From the NCBI GenBank assembly GCA_963701095.1, contig OY969564.1:704001-768000 (forward strand): a stretch of DNA of 64,000 nt, given 5' to 3'. Shown one piece after another: positions 50,666 to 60,293 of the stretch. The translations under genes were made by a program, and so were the position numbers. The notes below the pieces were generated by a model. The model was given only the letters and a program-made list of their open reading frames with translations, was not told the DNA's origin and did not search any database. Source of the DNA: an uncultured Methanoregulaceae archaeon (GTDB lineage: Archaea; Halobacteriota; Methanomicrobia; Methanomicrobiales; Methanospirillaceae). The number at the start of each line of letters is the position of its first letter. Positions within the stretch are counted from its first letter, which is position 1.

Positions 50666-51652
50666 ATGACCGTAGCAATTCACGCCGCTGACCTTACCCG
50701 GCGCTTCGGCGATCTCGTAGCCGTAGACCATATCAGTTTTGATATAGAACAGGGCGAGATATTCGGTCTTCTGGGCCCAAACGGCGCCGGAAAGACCACC
50801 ACCCTTTCGATGCTCTCGACGATGCTCGAACCCACTTCCGGTACTGCAACGGTTATGGGAATTGACGTAACCAAAGACCAGGACGGTGTCCGTAAAGCCA
50901 TCGGGATCGTCTTCCAGGACCAGAGCCTCGACGAAGAGCTTACCGCATGGGAGAATATGGATTTCCATGGCCGGCTCTACCGGATCCCAAAAGCCACCCG
51001 GGAACAGCGAATCGATGAGCTCCTCAACCTGGTCGAACTTTTCGACAGAAGGAACGATATTGTCAAGACATTCTCCGGCGGAATGCGGAGGCGCCTTGAG
51101 ATCGCCAGAGGCCTTTTACACCACCCGGCTGTCCTTTTCCTCGACGAACCCACGCTGGGTCTCGATCCCCAGACCAGAAACCACCTCTGGAAATATATTG
51201 AGGATCTTGCACAGGAGAAAAATATCACCATAATCCTGACCACGCATTATATGGAAGAGGCTGACCGGCTGTGCAACCGGATTGCGATCATCGATCACGG
51301 GAAAATCATTGCCCTTGACACACCTGTCAGGCTCAAGGATTCCATCGGCGGTGACGTAGTGACCATTAAATCACCGGATACGGAAAAGACAGCCGCCGTG
51401 TTTGCCGTTCCCTGGATCAACCGGATCGAAACCCATGATGACGAAGTGATCCTTACGTTGCAGAATGCTGAGCAGCGCTTGAGCATGATTGTGACCCTGC
51501 TCAACGATGAAAAGATTCCCATCACGTCTATTTCCGTCCATAAACCTACTCTCGAGGATGTCTTCCTTTCGTTTACCGGTAAAACCATCCGGGAGCAGGA
51601 TATAAGCAGAAAAGACGCTATGCGGATGCATTTCCGGATGATGAGGCACTGA
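50666..51652 (+). CDS. ABC exporter ATP-binding protein (DrrA-like)
   Basis: GPNGAGKT, FSGGMRRR, LDEPT, THYM. Confidence 0.93.
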   Translation: MTVAIHAADLTRRFGDLVAVDHISFDIEQGEIFGLLGPNGAGKTTTLSMLSTMLEPTSGTATVMGIDVTKDQDGVRKAIGIVFQDQSLDEELTAWENMDFHGRLYRIPKATREQRIDELLNLVELFDRRNDIVKTFSGGMRRRLEIARGLLHHPAVLFLDEPTLGLDPQTRNHLWKYIEDLAQEKNITIILTTHYMEEADRLCNRIAIIDHGKIIALDTPVRLKDSIGGDVVTIKSPDTEKTAAVFAVPWINRIETHDDEVILTLQNAEQRLSMIVTLLNDEKIPITSISVHKPTLEDVFLSFTGKTIREQDISRKDAMRMHFRMMRH

Positions 51653-51654
51653 TT

Positions 51655-52404
51655 ATGGATATCGTTTACACCATCTGGCTGCGGAGCATGAAACGGTACG
51701 TCCGGTCGAAAAGCAGGATTGTGGGAAGTATTGCCATGCCTCTTTTCCTTCTGGTCTTTTTGGGCTTTGGCCTTAACTCTGTAGTGAGTGCAACATCGCT
51801 TGGCCAGCAGTACGTCATGTTTCTTGTGCCGGGGATGGTCGCGATGAGCGTGCTTTTCACCTCGGTATTTTCCGGCATCCAGATTATCTGGGACAAGCAG
51901 TTTGGGTTTTTGAAAGAGACGCTTATTGCACCGGTATCAAGGATCGAGATTATGTTTGGCATGACGGTCGGGGGTGCAACAACGGCAGTTTTCCAGGGAA
52001 TCATTCTTATGGTGCTTGCGACGCTGCTGGGCCTGCGTATCGCTAACCCGGGAGGGTTTTTTATCGCGCTTGGCTTTATGGTCCTTGTCGGGATTTCATT
52101 CACCGCATTTGGGATATCCATCGCTTCGCGGATGGAAGACATGACCGGCTTCCAGCTGATCATGAACTTCGTTGTGTTCCCGCTTTTCGGCCTTTCAGGA
52201 GCACTTTTTCCCATCAGCTCCCTTCCCGCATGGCTTGAACCCGTCACCCTTGCAGACCCCCTCACGTACGGGGTCGAGGGGATCCGGTATGGTCTGACCG
52301 GCGTTTCTCCGATCAACCCCATCATCTGTGCCGCAGTCATTGCCGGATTTGCGGTAGCTATGACAATGGCCGGTGCCTACCTGTTCCGCAAAGTGACCGT
52401 TTAG
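51655..52404 (+). CDS. ABC-2 type permease
   Basis: Six TMs, LSGALFP, DPLTYGVEGIR. Confidence 0.92.
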   Translation: MDIVYTIWLRSMKRYVRSKSRIVGSIAMPLFLLVFLGFGLNSVVSATSLGQQYVMFLVPGMVAMSVLFTSVFSGIQIIWDKQFGFLKETLIAPVSRIEIMFGMTVGGATTAVFQGIILMVLATLLGLRIANPGGFFIALGFMVLVGISFTAFGISIASRMEDMTGFQLIMNFVVFPLFGLSGALFPISSLPAWLEPVTLADPLTYGVEGIRYGLTGVSPINPIICAAVIAGFAVAMTMAGAYLFRKVTV

Positions 52405-52471
52405 GTGCACTCCCCATTTTTAGAGAGGATTTATCAGGTAATCCCGGTTAACACAAGAGCTGGTGAAACGC

Positions 52472-52834
52472 ATGAGTGACGAGATCATTGTTGTCAGTAC
52501 TCCGTATCTTCCCGGTTACCGGATTACCAAAACCATTGGGTTCACATGGGGACTTATTGTACAGAGCCGGGGACTTGGCCGGAATATTACGGCAGGTCTC
52601 CGTTCACTTGCCGGCGGGGAAATCCATGAATATACCCAGCTTTTGAACCAATCCCGGGAAGAAGCACTTGCACGGCTGAAAGAGCATGCCGCATCCCTTG
52701 GAGCAAACGCCGTCATCGGTGCAGCGTTTGATTCGTCAGAGACCGGCGGTATTATGACAGAAGTGCTTGCCTACGGGACAGCAGTTGTTGTCGAAAAAGA
52801 TACGGCAACGGCAGGGCCGGTCCGGCTTGCATAA
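52472..52834 (+). CDS. YbjQ (UPF0145) family protein
   Basis: GGEIHEYT, LGANAVIG, AYGTAV. Confidence 0.9.
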   Translation: MSDEIIVVSTPYLPGYRITKTIGFTWGLIVQSRGLGRNITAGLRSLAGGEIHEYTQLLNQSREEALARLKEHAASLGANAVIGAAFDSSETGGIMTEVLAYGTAVVVEKDTATAGPVRLA

Positions 52835-52965
52835 GAAAAAACGGGAGATAGCCCTTTTCTTTTTAAAAAAACATGAAAAAGCGAAAATAAAAGGACTATA
52901 GTATGAGACTGCACGGCATCGGTGCATTGCAGCTCGGTTCTTTTAAAAAATTCAAAAAATTATTA

Positions 52966-53934
52966 TTATTCCATCTTTTTCGTAAGGATGAACGCTGCTG
53001 CTAAAATGCCGATTATCAATACTACTGGAACGGATACTGACGGAAATTCCGGTACTGGGGGCGGCGTTGATGTTGTCGGACCGGTAGTTGGACCGGTAGT
53101 TGGAATTGTGGTAGGTGTCGGTGTTGGTGTGATGATCCCACACGCCGGTAGGCCTGTCACCGTTGCATGATCCAGAGTAATCGCAGTCTGGGCCAATAAG
53201 TCACCGCGGACTGTTCCGCCGGTTTGGACTGCAATTCCTGTCTGGTCCAGGATAACACCATTGAATTCTGAATTTGTTCCCAACGTTGTTTCACCAGCGA
53301 CCACCCAGAATACGTTCTGAGGCTGCGCTCCGCCGCTGAGGATGACATGCGTACCGGAAGCGGTGTCGAGGGTTCCCGGGATAATAAATATCCACACATC
53401 ATCAGGTCCTCCTGACAGGGTAACATCTGTCGGAATATTTACACCCGTACTCCATTGGTAGACACCAGGAAGGAGGTTTAGTCCTCCAATATCTCCGGCG
53501 CCAACGTCAGTATATGTGGCTGTTCGGCCGGAACCGTCAGTATACGCAGATTCCATGTCATTGACAGCAATAGTCAGCATACCGGGTGTTGGCGGCGAAT
53601 AGTCAGGAGCAAAAACATCTCCCGAAACCTGAGCTGATGTCGAAAATGTATTAGAGGGATCCATGGTGAGGGCAAAACCGGTTATGGCCGCTGAAGAAAT
53701 CGGGCTTACACCGATATTTCCAGTGATGGTTGAAGTTCCCGTAGTTGAAATTCCTGATTCCGCAAGAATCGTAAAATTACAGTCTGATCCTAAATTCACT
53801 GGAGAATTATCAACTAGTGCAGCTAATACCCCGGGAATTACCATGACAGTCAATAGGCAGATAAGCATTATGGTTCCCCCTACAGAGAAGAGAACATTTC
53901 TCTTTCGGGTAAGTATTCCACCTCGCCTTTTCAT
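52966..53934 (-). CDS. Ice-binding family (DUF3494) protein with PEF-CTERM sorting signal
   Basis: VNLG..FTILA..GNIGVSP, LLPGVY, DVWIF, GGAQPQNVFW, LAQTAITLD; Thr/Pro linker; VPEFP-TM-KK tail. Confidence 0.9.
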   Translation of the reverse strand: MKRRGGILTRKRNVLFSVGGTIMLICLLTVMVIPGVLAALVDNSPVNLGSDCNFTILAESGISTTGTSTITGNIGVSPISSAAITGFALTMDPSNTFSTSAQVSGDVFAPDYSPPTPGMLTIAVNDMESAYTDGSGRTATYTDVGAGDIGGLNLLPGVYQWSTGVNIPTDVTLSGGPDDVWIFIIPGTLDTASGTHVILSGGAQPQNVFWVVAGETTLGTNSEFNGVILDQTGIAVQTGGTVRGDLLAQTAITLDHATVTGLPACGIITPTPTPTTIPTTGPTTGPTTSTPPPVPEFPSVSVPVVLIIGILAAAFILTKKME

Positions 53935-54152
53935 GATCGTACCTCCGGATCACAGAATCTCCCGCAATCACAAACTCTGACTTACCTGCGAATTACTTGA
54001 GGGTGTGCAAAGCAACTCTGCTTTGCATCAACTGCCAGTCGAAGAATCACGGGTTCTGACGGCAGTTCACCACCAAAATGTAACCCAAAATTAAAAAATA
54101 AATTAGCCCACAACAAGTTAACGGAGCCTAACAAGGTATTATTTAAAAAAGA

Positions 54153-55373
54153 TTACTTGTTGATGTGCACGACTTTTGCCGGAGGAAATCCGTTAAAGTA
54201 CGTGGATGAAGCAATTGAATAGGCCCCGATGTTTTCTGAATAGACAAGATCACCGATCTCCAGGTCAGGAAGTTCTGCAGAGAGCGTGATCGTATCGAAG
54301 GCATCACAGGTCGGTCCGAAAACTGCCGAGATCCGTTTTGGCCCTTCTTTAAACGCGAGGACCGGATAGGTGCAATGATCGAAGACCTGGCCCGAGTAGG
54401 TATGGTACACACCATCATTAATGTAATAGCAGGGTTTACCGTCCCGGAACGCTTTGCCAACGACTTTGGCAACAAGAGTACAGGCATTTGCGACAAGGAA
54501 CCGGCCAGGCTCGGCGAGGATCTCCATGTCACACGGGAAAAGACGGGCGATTTCGGCGTTGAGTTTTACTGCCAGTTCTTCGATTGACCTGACTTCCGGG
54601 TTGTATTTCACGGGGAAACCGCCGCCAATATCGAGGATCCGGATCTTCTTACAGAGCCGGTGCTCCACTTCGTCGATGATATCGGCAGATATCTGGAGCG
54701 CGACGACGTAGTTCTCAAAATTGGTGCACTGGCTTCCCACATGGAAACTGAGGCCCTCGACGACAAGACCGAGGTCAAAAGCCGCGGCAATCAGGTCGAC
54801 GGCTTCTCCCGGGTCTGCCCCGAATTTGCTGGAAAGTTCGACCATGGACCCGGTGTTTGGGACACGAAGCCGCAGCACAAGACCGGCCTGGGGGGCATGG
54901 GCCCGGATCTTTTTTAGTTCTTCCAGATTATCGAACGTTACCAAAGGTTTGTACTGGTTAAGCTCCTCGAGGGTTTCAATGGGCTTTATCGTATTTGCAT
55001 AGATGATACGATCCCATATCCAGTCCTGGCGTTCCTTATCGGGAAGATCCTTGATAAAATTATATACAACCATGAACTCGGGCATGGAAGCGACATCAAA
55101 ACTTGCGCCCATATCCATGAGCGTTTTTACAATATCGGGATTTGAGTTCGCTTTGACAGCAAAATAAACCTGAATTTTGGGCAGGTTTTCCTTGAACTCG
55201 CGATAATTGTCACGGATCTTCTTATGATCTATAACAAAAATGGGGGTTCCTTCTTTTCGTGCTAAATCCTCGAGCATCTGACGACGTCCCCTGTCCATGT
55301 GGGAGACCGTGTCATCCTGCCTGCATGTGTTTGTTGTTGTGTTCACGTCAGTTCCTCTGCTTTGTTGGTACAT
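54153..55373 (-). CDS. Alanine-racemase-fold ornithine/lysine decarboxylase
   Basis: FAVKAN (PLP Lys), FDVAS, SFHVGSQ, DIGGGF, EPGR, GPTCD, GAY. Confidence 0.93.
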   Translation of the reverse strand: MYQQSRGTDVNTTTNTCRQDDTVSHMDRGRRQMLEDLARKEGTPIFVIDHKKIRDNYREFKENLPKIQVYFAVKANSNPDIVKTLMDMGASFDVASMPEFMVVYNFIKDLPDKERQDWIWDRIIYANTIKPIETLEELNQYKPLVTFDNLEELKKIRAHAPQAGLVLRLRVPNTGSMVELSSKFGADPGEAVDLIAAAFDLGLVVEGLSFHVGSQCTNFENYVVALQISADIIDEVEHRLCKKIRILDIGGGFPVKYNPEVRSIEELAVKLNAEIARLFPCDMEILAEPGRFLVANACTLVAKVVGKAFRDGKPCYYINDGVYHTYSGQVFDHCTYPVLAFKEGPKRISAVFGPTCDAFDTITLSAELPDLEIGDLVYSENIGAYSIASSTYFNGFPPAKVVHINK

Positions 55374-55377
55374 TCAT

Positions 55378-56820
55378 TCATCGCACAAATAAGAAGTTTT
55401 TGAATTGCCAGACATCATCGCGGTCGTAATTGTTTTCTGGATTTTCCCGGAAATAGACCGTCCGGTTCTTAAGAGGAGTCCAGTCAAATGGCCCGGATGA
55501 GAATTCACCGAGGTAAGGCTTTGCGATGTCAAGGACAAACTGGTGAGGCAGGTCATCGGGCAGGCAGAAACCTTTCCGGGGATTTTCGATCATCCACATC
55601 ACCGCAGAAACCACGCCGAGCGCGACCTGGATGGTTGTCGCGTTCTGTCCCGGTGCAAGTTTCCGTGCTTCATCTATAGAGAGAATACTTCCGGTCCACC
55701 ATGAATTATACGGGTGACCCATAAGGAGCGCGCCGAGCATATCTGAACCCACAGAGATTTCCCGGTCGTTCATAATACGGATCTTTGGTTGGAGCTCGTA
55801 GTTCCTGCCCCGGAGTTCATGAAGGGAGGCAATAGTTGCATCACAGGGCATATACGCGTAGTTCACGGTCGGCCGGTAGATTGCCTTACCGTCGCGCCAG
55901 ACCGTCCACCGATCTGATATACCAAAAGCCTCCCCGTGCCGGATCACCATGCCTACAATCTCCTGTTCCGGCACCCATGACCGGACCCAGGTGTTGATCC
56001 CCATGTGGGGAAGCATAATCGCGTTTTTGGGGCCCGCTGCAGGGACAATGGCGTCAGGAGGCAGGGTCTTTTCATGGGTACCCCACCCGATCTCTGCCGG
56101 GGCTGTTCCTTCTTCAAGAAGACCCTCAATACACCAGGTCCCGACAAACTCGTCCACTTTTTTCGGCGACCGGGATATCTGCGTGTCGCGTTCGGAACAA
56201 TGTATGACCCGGATGCCGACTTCCATGGCAAGTTCGTTGAACTTTTGATCAGCAATCAGGGATTTAAACCGGGCAGGATCCTGTGCCTTTCCGTCTTCCA
56301 TCATCTTGTGGGCGATATCGACAAGTCCCTGTTTTGTCATATGCGAAATCAGGCCCGGATTAGCCCCATGATCGACCACACAGGTTGTGGAATCTTTCCA
56401 GTCCCGGGTAATCTCCCGCATTTTCATCTGCCGGTAATACAGGGACTTCTCTACCGGGCTTGCCGTATAGCGTTCACCGAGCGGGTCCCATGCTTCTACG
56501 GAAGTATTCACATAGAGCACGTTATGTTCGTGGCACCACTGGACAATATCGCCACAATCGATGTTCCAGGCAAGATCGATGAGGAGTCCCCCCTCTGACA
56601 GGGCATCTGAGAGGACAGCACCAAGGTTTTCCGGGGTAATCTTCCGTTTCAGGAACCGGAGACCCCGGGTCGTATATGCTTTAAGTTCAGGTGATTTTTC
56701 CTTAAAATCGACAATGGTGATGTTCTCAAGGGGGATATTGACATGCCGAAGCAGGATGGGAAGCGTGCATTTGGACACGGCGCCATAACCGATAATGAGT
56801 ACTCTGTTTTTGAAATCCAT
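55378..56820 (-). CDS. hss: Homospermidine synthase
   Basis: IIGYGAV, HGANPGLISH, SERDTQ, TWCIEG, HGEA, NATTIQV. Confidence 0.9.
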   Translation of the reverse strand: MDFKNRVLIIGYGAVSKCTLPILLRHVNIPLENITIVDFKEKSPELKAYTTRGLRFLKRKITPENLGAVLSDALSEGGLLIDLAWNIDCGDIVQWCHEHNVLYVNTSVEAWDPLGERYTASPVEKSLYYRQMKMREITRDWKDSTTCVVDHGANPGLISHMTKQGLVDIAHKMMEDGKAQDPARFKSLIADQKFNELAMEVGIRVIHCSERDTQISRSPKKVDEFVGTWCIEGLLEEGTAPAEIGWGTHEKTLPPDAIVPAAGPKNAIMLPHMGINTWVRSWVPEQEIVGMVIRHGEAFGISDRWTVWRDGKAIYRPTVNYAYMPCDATIASLHELRGRNYELQPKIRIMNDREISVGSDMLGALLMGHPYNSWWTGSILSIDEARKLAPGQNATTIQVALGVVSAVMWMIENPRKGFCLPDDLPHQFVLDIAKPYLGEFSSGPFDWTPLKNRTVYFRENPENNYDRDDVWQFKNFLFVR

Positions 56821-56977
56821 CCCTACCCTCCCGGGGTGTACATTGAATTTGTTGTATTTTAGGCTCTTGAACGTTATAAAAGAATGAGAAAATGTCCAAA
56901 CGTGTCGATTGTTTTCCCGGCAAAGAAAAAGCGGTTACTTATTTGAGGATGGTTACAATATACCGGCAGGTGATCCT

Positions 56978-57160
56978 TTGTCAAAACGGGCAGTTGACCT
57001 GGTCTTTTCTGCAACCTATATGCTCACCGATCTCCGCATGATCCTGCGCGAGACGGCTCCGGCGCACGAACTGGACGAGCATCAGCGGGCAGAAGCAGCC
57101 CGCCTGCTTGAGAATCTCGAGCGGCAGGTTGGTTCTCTGAAACAGGAGATGCTGAAATGA
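56978..57160 (+). CDS. Small helical protein coupled to pscS
   Basis: AGGTGA RBS, TTG start, 60 aa, ATGA overlap with pscS. Confidence 0.7.
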   Translation: MSKRAVDLVFSATYMLTDLRMILRETAPAHELDEHQRAEAARLLENLERQVGSLKQEMLK

Positions 57161-58338
57161 AGTGCGGGAACGGGATCGAGGCCCGGCAGGTAAACGAGCT
57201 TTTTATCAATATCGATCCCATCCAGGCGGGGGGGCGCCTTACCGGTGATGCGATGAAGGCGATCATTGCATACGGAGACGGCTATTCTGTCTGCGACAAC
57301 TGCCGGAAACCAAACAGGCTCGACTGTATTGCAAAACCACCGATAGCAGAATTTCACAAAGACGTTGCAGCATGGCTCAATATGGATGCTGCCCGGATGA
57401 TGCCCGGTGCCCGACGGGGTTTTCAGGCAGTCGCCCATACCTATGTATCCAAAGGGGACCCGGTGCTCCTGACATCGCTCTCGCATTACACGGAGTTCCT
57501 TGCCGTAGAAGGAGCGCAGGGAGTTCCCTGTGAGATACCCGCAGACAACCGGCATATCGTCACCCCTGATGCAACAGCGGAAAAAATTGAGGAAGTCAGG
57601 CAGAAATTCAAAAAAGATCCTGTGCTTGCCTTAATCGACCACGTGGATTACCAGTACGGGAATCTCCATGATGTCACCGGTATTGCAAAAGTGGCCCGCC
57701 AGTACGATATCCCGGTACTCTGCAACGGCGCCTACACTGTGGGTACAATGCCGGTGGACGGAAAAGCATTAGGAGTTGATTTTGTAGTAGGATCAGGCCA
57801 TAAAAGCATGGCGGCGCCAGCGCCGTCCGGGGTCCTTGCTGCGACTGCAGAACGGGCTAAAGAGATCTTTCGCACGACCGCAATCGAAGGAGATGTGACA
57901 GGCAGGAAATTTGGTATCAAGGAACCCGAGCTGATGGGCTGCACACTGATGGGCGCGACGCTTGTCGGGATGATGGCCTCGTTTCCCCATGTTAAAGAAC
58001 GGGTAAATCATTTCGACCGGGAACTTGCCAACAACCGGGTTGTTATGGAAGCACTTCTGTCCATCGAAGGAACAAAGATTCTCTCAGAATACCCGCGAAA
58101 ACATACCCTGACCCGGATTGATACGACGGGATCTTTTGACCAGATTGCAGGAACCCACAAGAAAAAAGGATTCTATTTCTCGTCTGCGTTAAACGACAAG
58201 GGGATATTCGGGCTCATCCCCGGTGCGACCCGGATCTGGAAATTCAATACCTACGGCACGACAGAAAAACAGGCGCGGTACCTCGCCGAAGCTTTTGTCG
58301 CGGTGGCAAAAGAGAACGGGCTTCCGGTAACGCCGTAA
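57157..58338 (+). CDS. pscS: O-phospho-L-seryl-tRNA:Cys-tRNA synthase (SepCysS)
   Basis: INIDPIQAGG, GYSVCDNC, SGHKSMAA (PLP Lys), LMGCT. Confidence 0.95.
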   Translation: MKCGNGIEARQVNELFINIDPIQAGGRLTGDAMKAIIAYGDGYSVCDNCRKPNRLDCIAKPPIAEFHKDVAAWLNMDAARMMPGARRGFQAVAHTYVSKGDPVLLTSLSHYTEFLAVEGAQGVPCEIPADNRHIVTPDATAEKIEEVRQKFKKDPVLALIDHVDYQYGNLHDVTGIAKVARQYDIPVLCNGAYTVGTMPVDGKALGVDFVVGSGHKSMAAPAPSGVLAATAERAKEIFRTTAIEGDVTGRKFGIKEPELMGCTLMGATLVGMMASFPHVKERVNHFDRELANNRVVMEALLSIEGTKILSEYPRKHTLTRIDTTGSFDQIAGTHKKKGFYFSSALNDKGIFGLIPGATRIWKFNTYGTTEKQARYLAEAFVAVAKENGLPVTP

Positions 58339-58375
58339 ATACCGGTCAAAACAGGGATCCAGGAAAGGTGGGCCC

Positions 58376-59257
58376 ATGCTCAAAAAATGTGATCTGACTA
58401 AAAAAACCGATACTACAACCTATGTGGAGAAGATTGCCTCCCTGCAGGTTCATCTTGGCGAGCTCCAGCGGCAACTGCGGGAGAAGAAGATCCCCGTTAT
58501 AATCCTTGTTGAAGGCTGGAACGCTTCCGGGATCACCGTGACCATCCAGGAACTTATCCGGTATCTAGACCCCCGGGGCTTTACACTCTCTTCGATTGGT
58601 TCACCGACAGCCCGCGAGAAAAGCAGGCCCCTGATGTGGCGGTTCTGGAACCGTATTCCCGTTCGGGGCAGGATCGCGATCTTTGCACGGAGCTGGTACA
58701 GCAGAACTCTGGCCGAGGAAACCGAAGGACCCGGGTGGGAACAACGCGTGGATCGGGCCATTTGTTCCATCAACCGGTTCGAGCAGGAGCTCACTGAAGA
58801 CGGGACCGTCATTATCAAGATCTTCCTTCACATCAGTAAAAAAGAGCAGAGAAAACGGCTCCTTGAGCGGGAGACCAACCCCCTGACCTCTTGGATGATC
58901 ACCAAAGGAGACTGGGATTTCCATCACGAATACGACGCTTACTTTCCGGTAATCGATGCCATTCTTGCAAAGACCAGTATGCCCTATGCACCCTGGATCG
59001 TGATAGGAGCCACGGACCAAAACTACACGATTTACACCTGTTACCAGGAAGTTATAAAAATACTCGAGCGAAAACTCGGTGACACCGGGAAGAGAAAAAA
59101 GCCGGACGCAAGGACCAGGCCCAGGTTCAGCCCGGAGATTGTCCCGGTTGTCCGTAGGAAATCGTTACCGGACGACACGCAGGAAAAAGTGGAATGGGAA
59201 AAACAGGTAGAAAACTCCCAGAAAAAGGTACGGGACTGCCAGTACCCGGCTGTTTAA
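58376..59257 (+). CDS. Two-domain polyphosphate kinase 2 (polyP:AMP phosphotransferase), N-terminal domain
   Basis: LDPRG, RSWY, IIKIFLHI; Walker A degenerate (GWNASGI); frameshift ~59245. Confidence 0.85.
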   Translation: MLKKCDLTKKTDTTTYVEKIASLQVHLGELQRQLREKKIPVIILVEGWNASGITVTIQELIRYLDPRGFTLSSIGSPTAREKSRPLMWRFWNRIPVRGRIAIFARSWYSRTLAEETEGPGWEQRVDRAICSINRFEQELTEDGTVIIKIFLHISKKEQRKRLLERETNPLTSWMITKGDWDFHHEYDAYFPVIDAILAKTSMPYAPWIVIGATDQNYTIYTCYQEVIKILERKLGDTGKRKKPDARTRPRFSPEIVPVVRRKSLPDDTQEKVEWEKQVENSQKKVRDCQYPAV

Positions 59258-59321
59258 ACGCAATATCCCGTTAGCTATTCTCTTTGAAGGACGGGATGCG
59301 GCAGGGAAAGGCGGTGCGATA

Positions 59322-59810
59322 ATGCGCCTCACCTATGACCTGAACCCCCGGGGGTATAGTGTCGTACCCGTGGCAGCTCCAAACGATCAGGAAAAAGAAC
59401 TTCACTACCTCTGGCGCTTTATCAGGCATTACCCGGCTGCCGGTCATATAACGATTTACGACCGGAGCTGGTATGGGAGGGTACTGGTTGAACGCGTCGA
59501 AGGTTTCTGCACAAAAACAGAGTGGAAAAGGGCCTATACTGAGATTAATGAGATCGAGGAAGAATTAGTAAACTGGGGAGGGGGCCTTTTAAAAATCTGG
59601 CTTGAAATAAGCCCCGAAGAGCAGCTCCGGCGTTTTATGCAACGAGAAAACGATCCCCTCAAACAATGGAAAATAACTGAAGAGGACTGGCGTAACCGTG
59701 AGCACTGGGAAACATACGGAGCGGTAATCGACGAAATGTTCAACAAGACAAGCACGAACTATGCACCGTGGAACGTGATAGAATCCGATAACAAGTGGTA
59801 TGCCCGGTAA
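59322..59810 (+). CDS. PPK2 C-terminal domain (true frame ~59245-59857; second frameshift ~59805)
   Basis: Upstream FEGRDAAGKGG, LNPRG, YDRSWYGRVLVERV, WKITEEDWRNR. Confidence 0.85.
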   Translation: MRLTYDLNPRGYSVVPVAAPNDQEKELHYLWRFIRHYPAAGHITIYDRSWYGRVLVERVEGFCTKTEWKRAYTEINEIEEELVNWGGGLLKIWLEISPEEQLRRFMQRENDPLKQWKITEEDWRNREHWETYGAVIDEMFNKTSTNYAPWNVIESDNKWYAR

Positions 59811-59906
59811 AAACACTGGAAACGGTCGCGGACTACTGTGAACACCTGCTCCGATAAAACCCATCCCCCTTTTTATTATTAGTGCTTTAATTATGAGTAA
59901 CTCCAA

Positions 59907-60293
59907 ATGGAAATGATGACACGTGCATCCATTCTCATAGTTGAAGATGATGGGCTGATCGCGATGCACCTCTGTGAAACCCTGGAAAAGGCAGGTTACC
60001 ACGTAATGAACCCCGAAAATTCCGGGGAAAACGCAATCAGCCGGATTGGAAAGGGCCTTTGTCCCGATGTTATTCTTATGGATATCGGGCTTGGAGGAAA
60101 ACTCGACGGCATCCAGACGAGCCGGGAGATACGACAGATTCGTGATATTCCGGTCATATTCCTCACAGCGTATTCAAATGAAGGACGTATCGCTGAGGCA
60201 AAGAAAATTTCCCCCTACGGATACATCCTCAAACCGTGTATGGAACATGATCTGGTGGGCGCCATTGAGAAGGCTTTACACCATAATCTTTAA
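59907..60293 (+). CDS. Single-domain response regulator
   Basis: ILIVEDD, DVILMDI, FLTAY, YILKP. Confidence 0.92.
   Translation: MEMMTRASILIVEDDGLIAMHLCETLEKAGYHVMNPENSGENAISRIGKGLCPDVILMDIGLGGKLDGIQTSREIRQIRDIPVIFLTAYSNEGRIAEAKKISPYGYILKPCMEHDLVGAIEKALHHNL

Noticed and set aside
53060..53130. GGACCGGTAGTT tandem repeat
   Set aside because: Encodes the Thr/Pro linker of the ice-binding protein
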